Part shown: positions 19,647-31,364 of the stretch, one piece after another
How positions within the stretch are numbered: position 1 is the stretch's first letter
Layout of the letters: each line of letters opens with the position of its first letter
Assembly: GCA_964453345.1 (NCBI GenBank)
Contig: CAYVOC010000001.1
Span: forward strand, 28,468 to 92,467
Direction: 5' to 3'
Length of the DNA stretch: 64,000 bases
DNA from: an uncultured Aquificales bacterium
GTDB lineage: Bacteria > Thermosulfidibacterota > Thermosulfidibacteria > Thermosulfidibacterales > Thermosulfidibacteraceae
Program-made: the position numbers and the translations under genes
Notes under the pieces: model-generated
Told to the model about the DNA's origin: nothing
Databases searched by the model: none
Seen by the model: the letters and a program-made list of their open reading frames with translations, nothing else

Positions 19647-20715
19647 CGGTTTTCAGGGTTCTGGAGGAGCTGTAGATTATCTCAAAGGCTATCTCCTGCA
19701 GATCCTTGCCGGAGGCCTCTATATCAAACAGCAGAAGTTTTCTCACCGGTCTTTTCAGGTATCGCAGGGGGTTGGTGGTTATCATTGCAAGCACCGTCAG
19801 CGGATCGGTTCCCAGCTCCACCATGAGCTGTGCCTCGTGCCACAGATTCAGATCGGGGCTTGATGCCAGGCTGTCCGTCCCAAGAACCAGGTTCACCCCG
19901 GCCTTCAGCAGGTCCTTCACCGGGGCTATCCTTCCGGAAAGATAGAGGTTGCTTCTGGGACATACGCAAACGGTGCATCTGTGTTTGGATATGGTCTCCA
20001 CATCCCTTTTGTCTATAAAGCAGCAGTGGACCAGAAGGGCGTTTTGCGAAAGCAGGCCAACCCTTTCTAAGTAATCCACGGGACTCCGGTAGGTTCCCAC
20101 GCCCCGGGTTCTGCCAACCACAGGATAGATCCTCTCCTCGAAGAGGTTGGGTTCGCCCCTTACAAATTTCACCTCCTCCTCGCTTTCGGCCACATGGATG
20201 CTCAAAAGCCTATCCGTGAACTTTCGGGCCACGGCTTTCAGCAACTCTTCGCTTGTGCTGTAGGGGGCGTGGGGACTCACCATGTAGGCTGGGGGAATAT
20301 CGGGAATGTCCTTTTCGGATGAGCCTGTTATCTCCAGAAAGGGTATGACCCCGAGATTGATTGCCGGATGCCGGGGGTCCCTGGTTATATCAAGCATGGT
20401 CTCTACGCCCAGACTCCGGATTCTTTTCACCTTTTCTATGGTTGATTTGCTGATTCTCCTTGCCTTCGGAAACTTTAGGATTATTTTCTCCAGCCAGGAG
20501 ATGAGATCCGTAGCATACACGGGATCCTCTATATCGAGATGCGTGTGGCAGTTGGTGAGGGCAGGTATAACAACGCCCTTGTGGGTGAATCTGCCTGTTC
20601 CCTCCCGGAATTTCAAAAGGTTTCCTTCTGTTCGGATCTCCGGGTTCTTTATGGCCGTCCCCGGGGGTATCAGAAGAAGCCCTTCCACACGCATGTCTCT
20701 TTCCCCGTTTGACAT
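19615..20715 (-). CDS. amidohydrolase-family metal-dependent deaminase (TRZ/ATZ or aminofutalosine deaminase-like)
   Basis: HTHLD, SPHAPYS, HVAES, VH, CPRSN, GTDS. Confidence 0.8.
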   Translation of the reverse strand: MSNGERDMRVEGLLLIPPGTAIKNPEIRTEGNLLKFREGTGRFTHKGVVIPALTNCHTHLDIEDPVYATDLISWLEKIILKFPKARRISKSTIEKVKRIRSLGVETMLDITRDPRHPAINLGVIPFLEITGSSEKDIPDIPPAYMVSPHAPYSTSEELLKAVARKFTDRLLSIHVAESEEEVKFVRGEPNLFEERIYPVVGRTRGVGTYRSPVDYLERVGLLSQNALLVHCCFIDKRDVETISKHRCTVCVCPRSNLYLSGRIAPVKDLLKAGVNLVLGTDSLASSPDLNLWHEAQLMVELGTDPLTVLAMITTNPLRYLKRPVRKLLLFDIEASGKDLQEIAFEIIYSSSRTLKTAISPFSPPQC

Positions 20716-20759
20716 GGAGCGATCTCTAAAGTAAGTTATTTCAAAGGAGAGGTAAAGCC

Positions 20760-23192
20760 ATGTTTGAGAATTTCACCGAAAGGGCAAGGAAGGCGATAAT
20801 CATAGCAAGGGGCGAGGCTGAGAGATACCAGCACGACACCCTGACGACAGCCCATCTATTAATGGGCATCCTTAAGGAAGCCTCCGGAATGGGGGTCCTG
20901 GTCCTTGAGAGGCTGGGGGTGGATCTCGCCTATCTGAGGGAGGAGCTGCAGCGCAGGATGCCCTACGGCAGAAGGGGCTTTGTGGTTGGGGCCATACCCT
21001 TTGCCCCCGATGCCAAAAAGGTTCTGGAATACGCTCAAGAAGAGGCTGCCCTTCTGGGGCAGGACTATGTGGGAACGGAACACCTGATTTTGGGAATCAT
21101 CAGGGAGAGGACGGGCATAGCGGGTAAGCTTCTCAGAAGGCTGGGGGTGGAGATAGAGGATGCCAGAGAGGCGGTCAGGGAGCTGACCGGTGAGGAGGGT
21201 ATTCCCAAGAGGAAGGCGAGAAAGACCCCCGCCCTTGATGAGTTCGGGGTTGATCTCACCAAGCTTGCAAGGGAAGGCAAGTTGGATCCGGTTATAGGAA
21301 GGGAGAAGGAGATAGAAAGGGTCATACAGATACTTTCCAGGAAGACCAAGAACAATCCTGTCCTCATAGGTGAGCCTGGCGTGGGTAAAACCGCCATAGT
21401 TGAGGGGCTTGCCCAGAGGATAGTCAACAGGGATGTGCCGGAAGATCTTTTGGATATGAGGGTGATAGCCCTCGATCTTGGCGCCCTTGTCGCCGGAACC
21501 AAATACAGGGGTCAGTTTGAGTCAAGAATGAAGGCCATCATAAAGGAGGCCTCCCAGGGGGACGATATCATTCTCTTTATAGATGAGCTGCACACCCTTG
21601 TGGGGGCCGGCGCGGCGGAGGGGTCCATTGATGCCGCCAACATGCTCAAACCCGCCCTCGCCAGGGGCGATATCAGGGTGATAGGGGCGACCACCCTTTC
21701 GGAATACAGAAAGTATATCGAAAAGGACGGTGCCCTTGAGAGAAGGTTCCAGGTTGTTCTGGTTGAGCCAACTTCCCTTGAGGATACCCTCGAGATACTG
21801 AGGGGGTTGAGGCCCAAGTATGAGGAGTATCACAGCGTTGTCATAACAGACGAGGCCCTGGAAGCGGCGGTCAAGATGGCGGACAGATACCTTACGGATA
21901 AATTTATGCCGGATAAGGCCATAGATCTGCTGGATGAGGCCTGTTCCATGGTTCATGTCAAGGCCACCAAAATTCCGCCCCACATAAGGGAGGTGGAGCT
22001 GGAGCTTGAGAGCATAGAGGAGCAGAAGCGCAGGGCCATAGACGATCAGGACTACCAGAGGGCCTCCGATCTCAGGACAAAAGAGGTTGAGGTGCGGCAC
22101 AGGCTTAAGAAGCTGAGGAAGCAGTGGAGGGAGGAGCGCGGTCAGGAGAGACCGGTTGTGACCGATGAGGATATCGCCTTTGTGATCTCGAGGATGACCG
22201 GCATCCCCCTGCACAGGATAAGCGTTGATGAGGAAAAGCGCCTTATGATGCTGGAAGAGGAGCTGAAGAAGCATATAGTTGGTCAGGACGAGGCCCTTGA
22301 GCAGATAGCCAGGGCCATTCGCAGGGCCAGGGTGGGCTTGAGCAACACGAAAAAGCCCATAGGCGTCTTCTTCTTCCTCGGTCCCACCGGAGTTGGTAAA
22401 ACCAGAACGGCGGAGGTTTTGGCGGAGCAGCTCTTTGGAAGCAGGGATGCCCTCATCAGGATAGATATGTCCGAGTATATGGAGAAGTTCAACGTTTCCA
22501 AACTCATAGGCGCACCTCCTGGATACGTGGGCTATGAGGAGGGTGGACAGCTGACTGAGGCTGTGAGAAGGCGTCCCTACTCTGTGGTGCTCTTTGACGA
22601 GATGGAGAAGGCCCATCCGGATGTCTTCAATATGCTGCTTCAAATAATGGACAGCGGAAGGTTGACGGATGCCTTTGGACGAACGGTTGATTTCAGAAAC
22701 ACCATCATAATTATGACCTCAAACATAGGGGCCAATCTCTTCTTCAAGGGTGTTTCCCTTGGCTTTGGGGATGAGGAGAGCGACTACGAAAGGGTAAAGC
22801 AGCAGGTTCTGCAGCTGTTCAAGAAGAGGTTCCCGCCTGAGTTTGTGAACAGGCTGGATCATGTGGTGGTCTTCAGGCCCCTCAAGGAGAAGGATGTCCT
22901 GGCCATTCTGGATATAATGATGAGGGAGATAAGGGAGCTGTTGAGGGACAAGTCCATGGATATAGAGCTTACGGCAAAGGCTAAGAAGTGGCTTGTTGAA
23001 AGGGGGTATGAGCCTCAGTTCGGCGCCAGGCCCCTGAGGAGGGTTATAGAGAGATTTGTGGTTGATCCTGTTTCGGAGAGAATCTTGAGCGGAGAGTTCA
23101 TAGAGGGAGATGTGATCCTTGTGGACGTCAGCAGAAATAACCTCGTGTTCAAGAAGAAGGCTGTCGGCAAAAGGGATAAGGTGGTGGTTTAG
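20760..23192 (+). CDS. clpC: ATP-dependent Clp protease ATPase ClpC
   Basis: two Clp-N repeats, [11 protein letters not shown]-like coiled coil, [15 protein letters not shown]. Confidence 0.93.
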   Translation: MFENFTERARKAIIIARGEAERYQHDTLTTAHLLMGILKEASGMGVLVLERLGVDLAYLREELQRRMPYGRRGFVVGAIPFAPDAKKVLEYAQEEAALLGQDYVGTEHLILGIIRERTGIAGKLLRRLGVEIEDAREAVRELTGEEGIPKRKARKTPALDEFGVDLTKLAREGKLDPVIGREKEIERVIQILSRKTKNNPVLIGEPGVGKTAIVEGLAQRIVNRDVPEDLLDMRVIALDLGALVAGTKYRGQFESRMKAIIKEASQGDDIILFIDELHTLVGAGAAEGSIDAANMLKPALARGDIRVIGATTLSEYRKYIEKDGALERRFQVVLVEPTSLEDTLEILRGLRPKYEEYHSVVITDEALEAAVKMADRYLTDKFMPDKAIDLLDEACSMVHVKATKIPPHIREVELELESIEEQKRRAIDDQDYQRASDLRTKEVEVRHRLKKLRKQWREERGQERPVVTDEDIAFVISRMTGIPLHRISVDEEKRLMMLEEELKKHIVGQDEALEQIARAIRRARVGLSNTKKPIGVFFFLGPTGVGKTRTAEVLAEQLFGSRDALIRIDMSEYMEKFNVSKLIGAPPGYVGYEEGGQLTEAVRRRPYSVVLFDEMEKAHPDVFNMLLQIMDSGRLTDAFGRTVDFRNTIIIMTSNIGANLFFKGVSLGFGDEESDYERVKQQVLQLFKKRFPPEFVNRLDHVVVFRPLKEKDVLAILDIMMREIRELLRDKSMDIELTAKAKKWLVERGYEPQFGARPLRRVIERFVVDPVSERILSGEFIEGDVILVDVSRNNLVFKKKAVGKRDKVVV

Positions 23193-25476
23193 TCTATTAT
23201 TGATCTTTGCCCTTTGGGGAATAGCCGGGGCGGCTGAGAAGGCTCCGGTTGTTCCCGTCAAGGTAATAGAGATTAAGGGCAACAGGCGTATAGACAGAAA
23301 TACCATCCTTTTCAAGCTTGAGACCCGCGAGGGAGAGCCCTTCTCCATCTACAAGATCCGAAGGGATGTCAAAACCCTCTATGAGACCGGCTTTTTTGAC
23401 GATGTGAAGGTCGATGTGGAGCCCTTCGAGGGTGGAGTGAAGGTCACCTTTATTGTGAAGGAGAGGCCCGTTGTAACCCGGATCAGGATTGTGGGCAACA
23501 AGCACATAAAGAGCAGCGAGATAAGAAAGGAGCTGAAGCAGTTTCCCTTCAACATCTACAACGAAAAGATTTTGAACGAGAACATCCAGAAGATAAAGCA
23601 GCTCTATCAGTCCAAGGGGTATTACAGCGTCCAGGTGATCCCGGAGGTGAAGCCCCGGGGAGAGGGCAGAATTGAGCTAACTTACAAGATAAAGGAGGGG
23701 AAAAAGGCCTCGGTTGCCAGAATAGAGTTTGTGGGCAACAAGTTCTTTTCCGATAGAGAGCTTAAAAAGCAGATGGTTACCAAGGAAAAAACCCTTTTCA
23801 ACATGGTTTATGTGTTCGTCAACGCCCTCTTTGGAAAGCCTGCCACCTACTATTACATCCCGGATCTTCTGGAAGTGGATCTTATGAAGATAAGGCAGTT
23901 TTACAAGGATCACGGCTTTTTGAGGGTTGTGGTGGGGACCCCGGAGGTGAAGACGGACAAAAGAAGGGGCAAGATCTACATCCGCATACCCATTGAGGAG
24001 GGGCCGAGATACAAGGTTGAGTCTGTGGATATAAAGATGGGCAAGGACGACCCCTTCAAGAAGGAGGATCTCTTAAAGATCCTGCTCCTCAAGCCCGGCG
24101 AATACTACAACGCCAAGAAGATGAGGAAGGATGTTACAAACCTCACCGATCTATACGGATCCAAGGGCTACGTTAACGCCGACGTGAGGCCCCTTCTTGA
24201 TACGGACGATGAGAAGCACACGGTGTCCGTGGTTTACAGGATAGAGAAGGGCAAGAAGTGGTATGTGGGAAGGATTGAAATTTCGGGGAATGTGAAGACC
24301 AGGGATAAGGTGATAAGAAGGGAGATTCCTTTAGCTGAAGGCGAAGTTATGAACACCATGTATCTTAAGCTTGCCAAGAAGAGGCTTGAGAGGCTCGGAT
24401 ACTTCTCCAGCGTCAACATAGAGACCAAGCCGGCGGAGGATCTCAAGGGCGATTACATGAATGTTTTCGTGAAGGTGGAGGAGCAGCCCACAGGTTCCAT
24501 GATGCTGGGCGGCGGTTATTCAACAGCCGAGTCCTTCGGTGTCATGGCCCAGATATCCGAGAAGAATCTTTTTGGAACGGGAAGATCCATCTCCCTCACG
24601 GGAGAGTTCACCACAAAGAGGGTTGATTACACCTTGAACTTCTACGATCCATACTTCATGGATACCATCTACTCCTTTGCCCTGTCCTCCTATCACCAGG
24701 AGTATGAATACGATCTCTACACCGAGAAGGGCTTCGGTCTGACTGTATCCTTCGGGAGGCCCCTGTGGAACTGGTATACCAGGGTTTCGGCTGGATACTC
24801 CTTTGAGTATGTCAGGATAACCGATGTGGATTACGATGCCCCGGACTTCATAAAGGACGAGGAGGATGAGTCCAACATCTCCTCTGCTGTTGTCTTCAGC
24901 ATCTCCCAGGACACCAGGAACAGCCATGTGTTGCCCACCGAGGGCTTTTACAGGACCCTTTCCCTGAAGCTTGCAGGACTGGGAGGCGATTACGCCTACT
25001 ACAGGGTCTATGCGAACTGGGAAAGGTTCATCAGCGTGGGCAAGTTCATAAAGGACTCCGTTTTCCATCCGAGGGTTCGCGTGGGGTTTGTGAATCCCCT
25101 GCCCTGGGGCGATGGAAGGCCGGTTTACGAAAGGTTCTATGTGGGCGGGCAGACCACCGTGAGGGGCTTTGATACCGATGAGGCAAGCCCCGAAGAAGAC
25201 GGTGATGCCATAGGCGGAACCAAGGAGTTCATCATGAACCTCGAGTATCTCTTCCCCATCATCGGTGGCCTCAAGGGCCTTTTATTCTACGACATGGGAG
25301 CCGCCTTTGACAACGGCCAGATGATAAGCATGGGCCCCATGAGGGAGAGTGTTGGTGTGGGAATAAGGTTTATAACCCCCTTCGGCCCTCTGAAGGTGGA
25401 TTGGGCCTACAAGCTTGACAGAAGGAAGGACGAGGATGCATTTAAGATACACTTTTCCGTTGGAACCATATTCTAA
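23119..25476 (+). CDS. bamA: outer-membrane protein assembly factor BamA (start codon uncertain)
   Basis: POTRA repeats, GNVKTRDKVIRRE, VRGF motif, C-terminal Phe; skp-lpxD-fabZ synteny. Confidence 0.93.
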   Translation: MWTSAEITSCSRRRLSAKGIRWWFSLLLIFALWGIAGAAEKAPVVPVKVIEIKGNRRIDRNTILFKLETREGEPFSIYKIRRDVKTLYETGFFDDVKVDVEPFEGGVKVTFIVKERPVVTRIRIVGNKHIKSSEIRKELKQFPFNIYNEKILNENIQKIKQLYQSKGYYSVQVIPEVKPRGEGRIELTYKIKEGKKASVARIEFVGNKFFSDRELKKQMVTKEKTLFNMVYVFVNALFGKPATYYYIPDLLEVDLMKIRQFYKDHGFLRVVVGTPEVKTDKRRGKIYIRIPIEEGPRYKVESVDIKMGKDDPFKKEDLLKILLLKPGEYYNAKKMRKDVTNLTDLYGSKGYVNADVRPLLDTDDEKHTVSVVYRIEKGKKWYVGRIEISGNVKTRDKVIRREIPLAEGEVMNTMYLKLAKKRLERLGYFSSVNIETKPAEDLKGDYMNVFVKVEEQPTGSMMLGGGYSTAESFGVMAQISEKNLFGTGRSISLTGEFTTKRVDYTLNFYDPYFMDTIYSFALSSYHQEYEYDLYTEKGFGLTVSFGRPLWNWYTRVSAGYSFEYVRITDVDYDAPDFIKDEEDESNISSAVVFSISQDTRNSHVLPTEGFYRTLSLKLAGLGGDYAYYRVYANWERFISVGKFIKDSVFHPRVRVGFVNPLPWGDGRPVYERFYVGGQTTVRGFDTDEASPEEDGDAIGGTKEFIMNLEYLFPIIGGLKGLLFYDMGAAFDNGQMISMGPMRESVGVGIRFITPFGPLKVDWAYKLDRRKDEDAFKIHFSVGTIF

Positions 25477-25491
25477 GGGGAGGTTGCTGGT

Positions 25492-26007
25492 ATGAGGAAG
25501 CTGTTGATTGCTGTGGTTCTTTTGTTCATGCTTTTCGGATGGTCGTGGGCCGGGGTCAAGATCGGGGTGGTGAACGTTCAGAAGATCGTGTTTGAGTCTA
25601 AGCAGGGGAAGAAGGCAAAGGCGCAGTGGGAGAAGGAGTTTGCCCAGAAGAAGAAGGAGATAGAAAAGAAGGAGAAGGAGCTTGAAAAGCTGAGGGAGGA
25701 GCTGAAGAAGAACGCCGCCGTTCTGTCCGAAAAGGCCAAGAAGCAGAAGCAGGAGGAGCTGAGGCGCAAGGCCATGGAGTTGCAGTTTGCCAAGCAGGAG
25801 GCCATGCGGTATCTCCAGAAGAGAAACGCCGAGCTTGTTGACGCCATTCTCAAGAAGGTCCTCAAAAAGGTGGAGGATTATGGTAAAAGGAACGGATACA
25901 CCCTTATACTGGATGTTACAGGCAGGGTTGTCTATAAGGCCAAGAACATCGATCTTACGGATCAGATCATAAAGATCATGAATTCTGAGCCTGCTTCCAA
26001 GAAATGA
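25492..26007 (+). CDS. skp: periplasmic chaperone Skp/OmpH
   Basis: signal peptide, KIGVVN, long coiled coil, GYTLILD...DLT. Confidence 0.9.
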   Translation: MRKLLIAVVLLFMLFGWSWAGVKIGVVNVQKIVFESKQGKKAKAQWEKEFAQKKKEIEKKEKELEKLREELKKNAAVLSEKAKKQKQEELRRKAMELQFAKQEAMRYLQKRNAELVDAILKKVLKKVEDYGKRNGYTLILDVTGRVVYKAKNIDLTDQIIKIMNSEPASKK

Positions 26008-26999
26008 CTTACAGGGCTTCCTACATAGCGGAGCTTGTTGGCGGAAGACTTGTGGGGGAGGATGTGGAGGTATCCTCCATAAGGGGCTATCATGAGGCCG
26101 GCCCCGATGATATCACCTTCGTTCTGGATGCCTCCCTTCTCTCAAAACCCACGGATGCCAGGGTTGTAATAGCCCCTGACGGGGTGGAGGGTGTGGAGGG
26201 CAAAAGCCTCATTCTTGTTAAGAATCCCCTTGAGGCGGCAGTTGTTGTTGCCAACCTCTTTTACAGGGAGGAGTTCGGGGAGGGGATTTCGGACAGGGCC
26301 GTGGTCTATCCCGGGGCCAAGATTTCCGAGGGTGTGGTGATCAGGGAGTTCGCCGTTGTTGAGGATGGGGTTGAGCTTGGCAGGAATGTGGTTGTCATGC
26401 CCTATGTCTACATAGGCAGGAATAGCGTTATAGGGGATGGGACGGTGCTGTTCCCCGGGGTGATCATCTATCCCGGAACGATTGTGGGCAAAAGGTGCAG
26501 GATACATGCGGGTGCCGTTATCGGTGCGGATGGATTCGGATACTTTGAAAAGTCCGGGAAAAGGATAAAGATTCCCCAGATAGGCAGGGTCGTCATAGGG
26601 GACGATGTGGAGATAGGTGCAAACACCTGCATAGACAGGGCCACCTTTGGCGAGACGGTTATAGGGGATGGGACCAAGATAGATAACCTGGTTCAGATAG
26701 GCCACAATGTGAAGGTGGGCAGGGATTGCGCCTTTGCAGGGCAGGTGGGGATTTCGGGGAGCGTTGTTGTAGGTGACAGGGTGCTCATGGGTGGTCAGGC
26801 GGGGATAGCCGACCACGCCGTTATAGGCAGTGATGTCAAGGTGGCCGCCAAGGCGGGGGTCTTTGGCAGGGTTAGGGATGGGGAGGCCATCGTGGGTGCA
26901 CCGGCCATGCCCGCACCCCGCTGGAAGAGGATACAGGCCATCATAAACAGACTGCCCGAGATGTATCAGCTCTTTAAGAGGTTGAAGAGGAGGGGCTGA
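26004..26999 (+). CDS. lpxD: UDP-3-O-acylglucosamine N-acyltransferase
   Basis: hexapeptide repeats, [24 protein letters not shown]. Confidence 0.95.
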   Translation: MTYRASYIAELVGGRLVGEDVEVSSIRGYHEAGPDDITFVLDASLLSKPTDARVVIAPDGVEGVEGKSLILVKNPLEAAVVVANLFYREEFGEGISDRAVVYPGAKISEGVVIREFAVVEDGVELGRNVVVMPYVYIGRNSVIGDGTVLFPGVIIYPGTIVGKRCRIHAGAVIGADGFGYFEKSGKRIKIPQIGRVVIGDDVEIGANTCIDRATFGETVIGDGTKIDNLVQIGHNVKVGRDCAFAGQVGISGSVVVGDRVLMGGQAGIADHAVIGSDVKVAAKAGVFGRVRDGEAIVGAPAMPAPRWKRIQAIINRLPEMYQLFKRLKRRG

Positions 27000-27439
27000 T
27001 GCAGATGGATATAAGGAGAATTATGGAGCTTCTGCCCCACAGATATCCCTTTTTGCTTGTTGACAGGGTTCTGGAGCTGAGGGTGGGCGAGTATGTGAAG
27101 GCCCTGAAGAATGTCACCATAAATGAGCCCTTCTTTGTGGGGCACTTTCCCGGTGATCCTGTGATGCCCGGCGTCCTCATAATTGAGGCCCTTGCCCAGG
27201 CCGGTGCCCTTATAGCCCTGCCGGCTGTGGAGGATGAGGGCAAGGATTACATCGTCTATTTCGGGGGTATTGAGAAGGCCAGGTTCAGGAGGATCGTCAG
27301 GCCCGGGGATCAGCTCATACTGGAGGGGAAAACCATAAAGAGGAAGGGGCCTGTCTGGAAGATGGAGGGGGTTGCCACCGTTGACGGTGAGGTGGCCGTT
27401 GAGGCGGTTATGCAGGCCTTCCTGACGGAGAGGAGATGA
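26999..27439 (+). CDS. fabZ: 3-hydroxyacyl-ACP dehydratase
   Basis: [29 protein letters not shown]. Confidence 0.96.
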   Translation: MQMDIRRIMELLPHRYPFLLVDRVLELRVGEYVKALKNVTINEPFFVGHFPGDPVMPGVLIIEALAQAGALIALPAVEDEGKDYIVYFGGIEKARFRRIVRPGDQLILEGKTIKRKGPVWKMEGVATVDGEVAVEAVMQAFLTERR

Positions 27440-29235
27440 GAAGGGCGGTTCTCCTTTTCCTCTTTGTTTTTGTCCTTTGCGGGGTTTCCCACGGAATCTC
27501 AAGGGACAGGCTAAAGGAGATTGCGGATCTGGTCTATTCCCTCTTCCCTCCCGTTGAGGGGTTTGTGGTTGCCACTAAGGGGGGGATCGCCGTTGTCGAT
27601 CTGGGGGTAAAAAACAGGGTCTATCCGGGGATGGTGCTGACCGTTTCCGAAAAGGGGCTCCCCTTCAAGAATCCCATAACCGGCCAGATCATAGGCTATA
27701 CCGAAAAGGTTGTGGGGTATCTTCAGATACTTGAGGTATATCCAAATGCATCAATCGGCAGGGTGTACACCTTAGGGGGAGCGGCGGTCAAGGCCGGGGA
27801 TATAGTCAGAATAACTAAGGCGAGGGTGAATCTCTTTATCCTTCCCATAGTTGATAACACTGGTGAGGGGTTCAACATTCTCGCCTTCTCCGATGGTCTG
27901 CGCAGATACCTTGATAAGACGGGAAGATTCAACGTTATGGGGGAGGAGAGGGTTATACAGGAGATTTCGGCCTACAAGGGTTCCTTTCAGGAAGAGGGGA
28001 TACTCAGGACCTTCTATTCCCTATACAGGGACAAATACGAGGCCTTCTTTGCCCTGTCTGGCAGGATTGAAAAGCGGGCGAAAAGCTATTTTTTTGAGGG
28101 CAGCATCTACTGCCTGAACATCGGGAAGAGGGTTAAGGATTTTTCGGTTTACTTGGGCGAGGCGGGCTGGCGTCCCTCCTTTGAAGAGGAGGTTGTTTAC
28201 GCCTCATCGCCCGTTGAGGGCAAGCCCTACGCACTTGCCCTTGGTGATGCTAACGGTGATGGTCTGAATGAGATAGTCTATGTTGTGGACAACAACATAC
28301 AGGTCATGAGGTATAGATCCAAGGACAGGACCTACAGACCCGTCTGTTCCTTCAAGGTTCCGTGGACCTTCAAGGTGTATGACGCCCATCTTTCGGATGT
28401 GGATGGAGACGGTAGGGATGAGCTCTTCCTGCTGGGGGCGGATATAAAGGACTTCACCGTGTATACTAAGGTTTACAGGTGGAAGGATAACTGTTTTGTT
28501 CGCAAAAAGGTTTACGATGGCCACTTTGTCAAGGCCTTTGGCAGAATCGGAGTCAGCCAGTATCTTCTGAAGGAGGATCCCCTTTCCCTTGCCCCCGATA
28601 GGATCCTCTTTAAGGGGCTTGAGATTGAGAAGGTGGGATCTATTCCGGCTTTGAAGGGGGATCTCATACTTGGCATGTCCGCCTTTGACGCCAACGGCGA
28701 CGGGGTCCTTGACTACATGGTGAATGAGGAGGGAAGGGTTCTGATCAAGGATGGGAAGACCGGGGAGGTTATTGCAGACATTGCCGGGGATTTTGGAAAT
28801 ACCGGTTATGCCTTCTTCTACAGGGAGCCGCAGGTCAAGGTCTTCTACGAGGGCGAAGGTTTTATGGAGATCAGCAAGGAGGATTACGCAAGGTTCAAGG
28901 AGCTGACCCTCGCCGTTCCTGGAAGCATAGCCGTTGCTGAGGTGAAGGGCCAGAGGCTTGTAGCCCTTTTCCGCAACAAGCCCTACGTGTGGGGTGCCTA
29001 CTTTGCCCCCTTCAAGTCCGGAACGGTAAAAATTTACAGATGGGCTGATGGATACTTTGAGGATACAGGATGGATAAGGACCCTGCCCGAAGGCGTAGTT
29101 GCCGTGGCCCTGGGGGATGTGAACGGGGATGGACGCGAGGAGGTGGTGCTGCTCACGGTCAGGGGAATAAAATCCAGAAGGGAAGGGTTGAAGTTCACCA
29201 CCAGGTTGGTTATTTACAAGGGGCCGGGTGAGTAG
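27436..29235 (+). CDS. secreted FG-GAP/VCBS-repeat protein
   Basis: signal peptide; [38 protein letters not shown] repeats. Confidence 0.75.
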   Translation: MRRAVLLFLFVFVLCGVSHGISRDRLKEIADLVYSLFPPVEGFVVATKGGIAVVDLGVKNRVYPGMVLTVSEKGLPFKNPITGQIIGYTEKVVGYLQILEVYPNASIGRVYTLGGAAVKAGDIVRITKARVNLFILPIVDNTGEGFNILAFSDGLRRYLDKTGRFNVMGEERVIQEISAYKGSFQEEGILRTFYSLYRDKYEAFFALSGRIEKRAKSYFFEGSIYCLNIGKRVKDFSVYLGEAGWRPSFEEEVVYASSPVEGKPYALALGDANGDGLNEIVYVVDNNIQVMRYRSKDRTYRPVCSFKVPWTFKVYDAHLSDVDGDGRDELFLLGADIKDFTVYTKVYRWKDNCFVRKKVYDGHFVKAFGRIGVSQYLLKEDPLSLAPDRILFKGLEIEKVGSIPALKGDLILGMSAFDANGDGVLDYMVNEEGRVLIKDGKTGEVIADIAGDFGNTGYAFFYREPQVKVFYEGEGFMEISKEDYARFKELTLAVPGSIAVAEVKGQRLVALFRNKPYVWGAYFAPFKSGTVKIYRWADGYFEDTGWIRTLPEGVVAVALGDVNGDGREEVVLLTVRGIKSRREGLKFTTRLVIYKGPGE

Positions 29236-29239
29236 TTTT

Positions 29240-29287
29240 GCCCTCTCTCCGGGATGATCTTTCCCGGGGATAAAAAACCAAGGGGGT
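29240..29287 (+). promoter_or_regulatory. S6:S18 ribosomal-protein leader (autoregulatory RNA)
   Basis: gccctct can pair with the SD region agggggt; internal hairpin ctccggga/tcccgggg; CCA immediately 5' of the SD; directly upstream of rpsF. Confidence 0.65.
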
Positions 29288-29292
29288 GTGAT

Positions 29293-29622
29293 ATGGAAAG
29301 ACGCTGTTATGAGACTGTTGTGGTTTTCACTCCTGATCTGACCGAGCAGGAGTTTGAGGAGCAGATCAACTGGGTCAGGGATCTTATTGAGAAGAACGAG
29401 GGGCAGGTTCTTAAAGTTGAGAAGTGGGGTAAGAGGAAGCTCGCCTACGAGATTGAGAAGAAGAAGGAGGGCTATTACGTTCTCTTCCTTTTCTGGGGAA
29501 GCCCCTCAACCGTTGAGAACATTGAGAGGCAGTATAGGATCAACCATAACGTGATCAGGTATCTGTCCGTCAAGCGGAAGGATAAGGAGTGCCAGCAGCA
29601 CGAGACGGAACAGCAGGGCTGA
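29293..29622 (+). CDS. rpsF: 30S ribosomal protein S6
   Basis: YETVVVF.PDL, WGKRKLAYEI, VIRYL; ATG 29293 follows the SD. Confidence 0.95.
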   Translation: MERRCYETVVVFTPDLTEQEFEEQINWVRDLIEKNEGQVLKVEKWGKRKLAYEIEKKKEGYYVLFLFWGSPSTVENIERQYRINHNVIRYLSVKRKDKECQQHETEQQG

Positions 29623-29625
29623 TCC

Positions 29626-30042
29626 ATGGCGCCTCTTTATGTCAATAGGGTTTTCCTTGCGGGGAACCTCACCAGAGATCCTGAGATGCGTTATATGCCC
29701 TCCGGTATGCCCGTCACCAACTTCAGACTGGCGGTTAACAGAAGGTATAGGAACAAAAACGGGGAGGAGGCAGAGGAAGTCTGCTTTATAGACGTTGTGG
29801 TTTACGGGAAGCTCGCTGAGGTCTGTAATGAGTATCTTAGCAAGGGAAGGAATGTCTTTGTTGAGGGAAGATTGAGGCTTGACACCTGGGATACCGATGC
29901 GGGCAAGCGCAGCAAACATGTGGTTGTTGCGGATGTGGTTAAGTTTATAGGCGGTAGGGGTGATAAGGTTGAGGAAGAGGATATTGTTAAGCCGGATGTT
30001 TCCGGCATAGATCTTGAGGAGGATGATGAGTTTCCCTTTTAA
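29626..30042 (+). CDS. ssb: single-stranded DNA-binding protein
   Basis: NRVFLAGNLTRDPE, acidic tail DDEFPF. Confidence 0.96.
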   Translation: MAPLYVNRVFLAGNLTRDPEMRYMPSGMPVTNFRLAVNRRYRNKNGEEAEEVCFIDVVVYGKLAEVCNEYLSKGRNVFVEGRLRLDTWDTDAGKRSKHVVVADVVKFIGGRGDKVEEEDIVKPDVSGIDLEEDDEFPF

Positions 30043-30069
30043 ACAAAAAGTTTTTATGGAGGTATAAAA

Positions 30070-30300
30070 ATGGCGGATGTGAGAAGGCGCTTTGTAAGAA
30101 AGAAGGTTTGCAGGTTCTGTGCCGAGGGGATAGAGGAGATCGATTACAAGGATGTGGAAAGGTTAAAGCATTACCTGAGCGAGAGGGGCAAGATCATGCC
30201 CAGAAGGATGACGGGGGTGTGCGCCAAGCACCAGAGGCAGCTTGCAAGGGCTATAAAGAGGGCGAGGATCCTGGCGCTTCTGCCCTTCGTTGTGAGATAG
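30070..30300 (+). CDS. rpsR: 30S ribosomal protein S18 (Zn-binding C+ type)
   Basis: CRFC, IDYKD, GKIMPRR.TG.CAKHQR. Confidence 0.97.
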   Translation: MADVRRRFVRKKVCRFCAEGIEEIDYKDVERLKHYLSERGKIMPRRMTGVCAKHQRQLARAIKRARILALLPFVVR

Positions 30301-30310
30301 GGGGTGGGCT

Positions 30311-30883
30311 ATGAGTATGATCGATGCCGCCCATGTCAAAACCAACATGAAGCTGGAGATAGACGGTGAGCCCTACCTTGTGGTGGGTGCCGAGCACATA
30401 AAGCCGGGCAAGGGGCAGGCCTTTTCCAGGATAAAGCTCAAGAACCTTCAGACGGGCGCCGTTATTGAGAAGACCTACAAGGCGAATGAAATGCTAAAGG
30501 TTGCCGATTTTGTCTCCAGAAAGGCCCAGTTCCTCTATGCCCAGGGTGACGAATACTACTTCATGGATATAGAAAACTACGAGCAGTATATGCTCAAGGA
30601 GGAGACCTTAGACAGGGATCGGTTCTTCCTGAAGGAGGGGCTTGAGGTTAAGGTTTTGCTGTATAAGGGAAATCCCATAGGCATTGAGCTTCCCAAGGCC
30701 GTTGAGCTTGAGGTGGTGGAGACCGAGCCCGGTGTGAAGGGGGATACTGCGGCGGGCGGCACCAAGCCTGCCAAGCTTGAAACGGGCTATGTGGTTCAGG
30801 TTCCCCTGTTCATTTCCGAGGGAGATGTGGTGAGGATCGATACAAGAACAGGCGAGTATGTGGAGAGGGTGACGGGCAAATGA
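30311..30883 (+). CDS. efp: elongation factor P
   Basis: KPGKG loop, PGVKGDT, VPLFI..G. Confidence 0.96.
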   Translation: MSMIDAAHVKTNMKLEIDGEPYLVVGAEHIKPGKGQAFSRIKLKNLQTGAVIEKTYKANEMLKVADFVSRKAQFLYAQGDEYYFMDIENYEQYMLKEETLDRDRFFLKEGLEVKVLLYKGNPIGIELPKAVELEVVETEPGVKGDTAAGGTKPAKLETGYVVQVPLFISEGDVVRIDTRTGEYVERVTGK

Positions 30884-31362
30884 GCCTTTTCAAAAGCATA
30901 GATGACATAGTTGCCCTGATGGAAAAATTTTCGTCCATGGGGCTTTCCAAGCTCAAGATAGAGCTGGATGGTTTTGAGCTTGTGCTTGAGAAACAGCAGA
31001 CGGTTGTTCAGCAGGTGAGTCCCCCTGTCCAGCCCCAGCAGGTTCAGCAGCCCCAGCCGGTCCAGCAGCAGGCTTCTCAGCCTGAGAAGGAGCATGAGGA
31101 AGAGGAGAGCTACGAGGGATATGTGGTTATAAGGTCTCCCATAGTGGGGACCTTTTACAGGGCTCCTGCTCCCGATGCCCCTCCCTATGTTGAGGTGGGG
31201 GATATTGTTGAGAAGGGGCAGGTGCTCTGCATCGTTGAGGCCATGAAGATAATGAATGAGATAGAATCGGATGTTAAAGGGCGCATAGTTAAGATACTCG
31301 TTGAGAATGCCCAGCCCGTTGAGTATGGACAGCCGCTCTTTTTGATTGAGCCTCTGGAGTAG
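30880..31362 (+). CDS. accB: acetyl-CoA carboxylase biotin carboxyl carrier protein
   Basis: [17 protein letters not shown]. Confidence 0.95.
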   Translation: MSLFKSIDDIVALMEKFSSMGLSKLKIELDGFELVLEKQQTVVQQVSPPVQPQQVQQPQPVQQQASQPEKEHEEEESYEGYVVIRSPIVGTFYRAPAPDAPPYVEVGDIVEKGQVLCIVEAMKIMNEIESDVKGRIVKILVENAQPVEYGQPLFLIEPLE

Positions 31363-31364
31363 AT

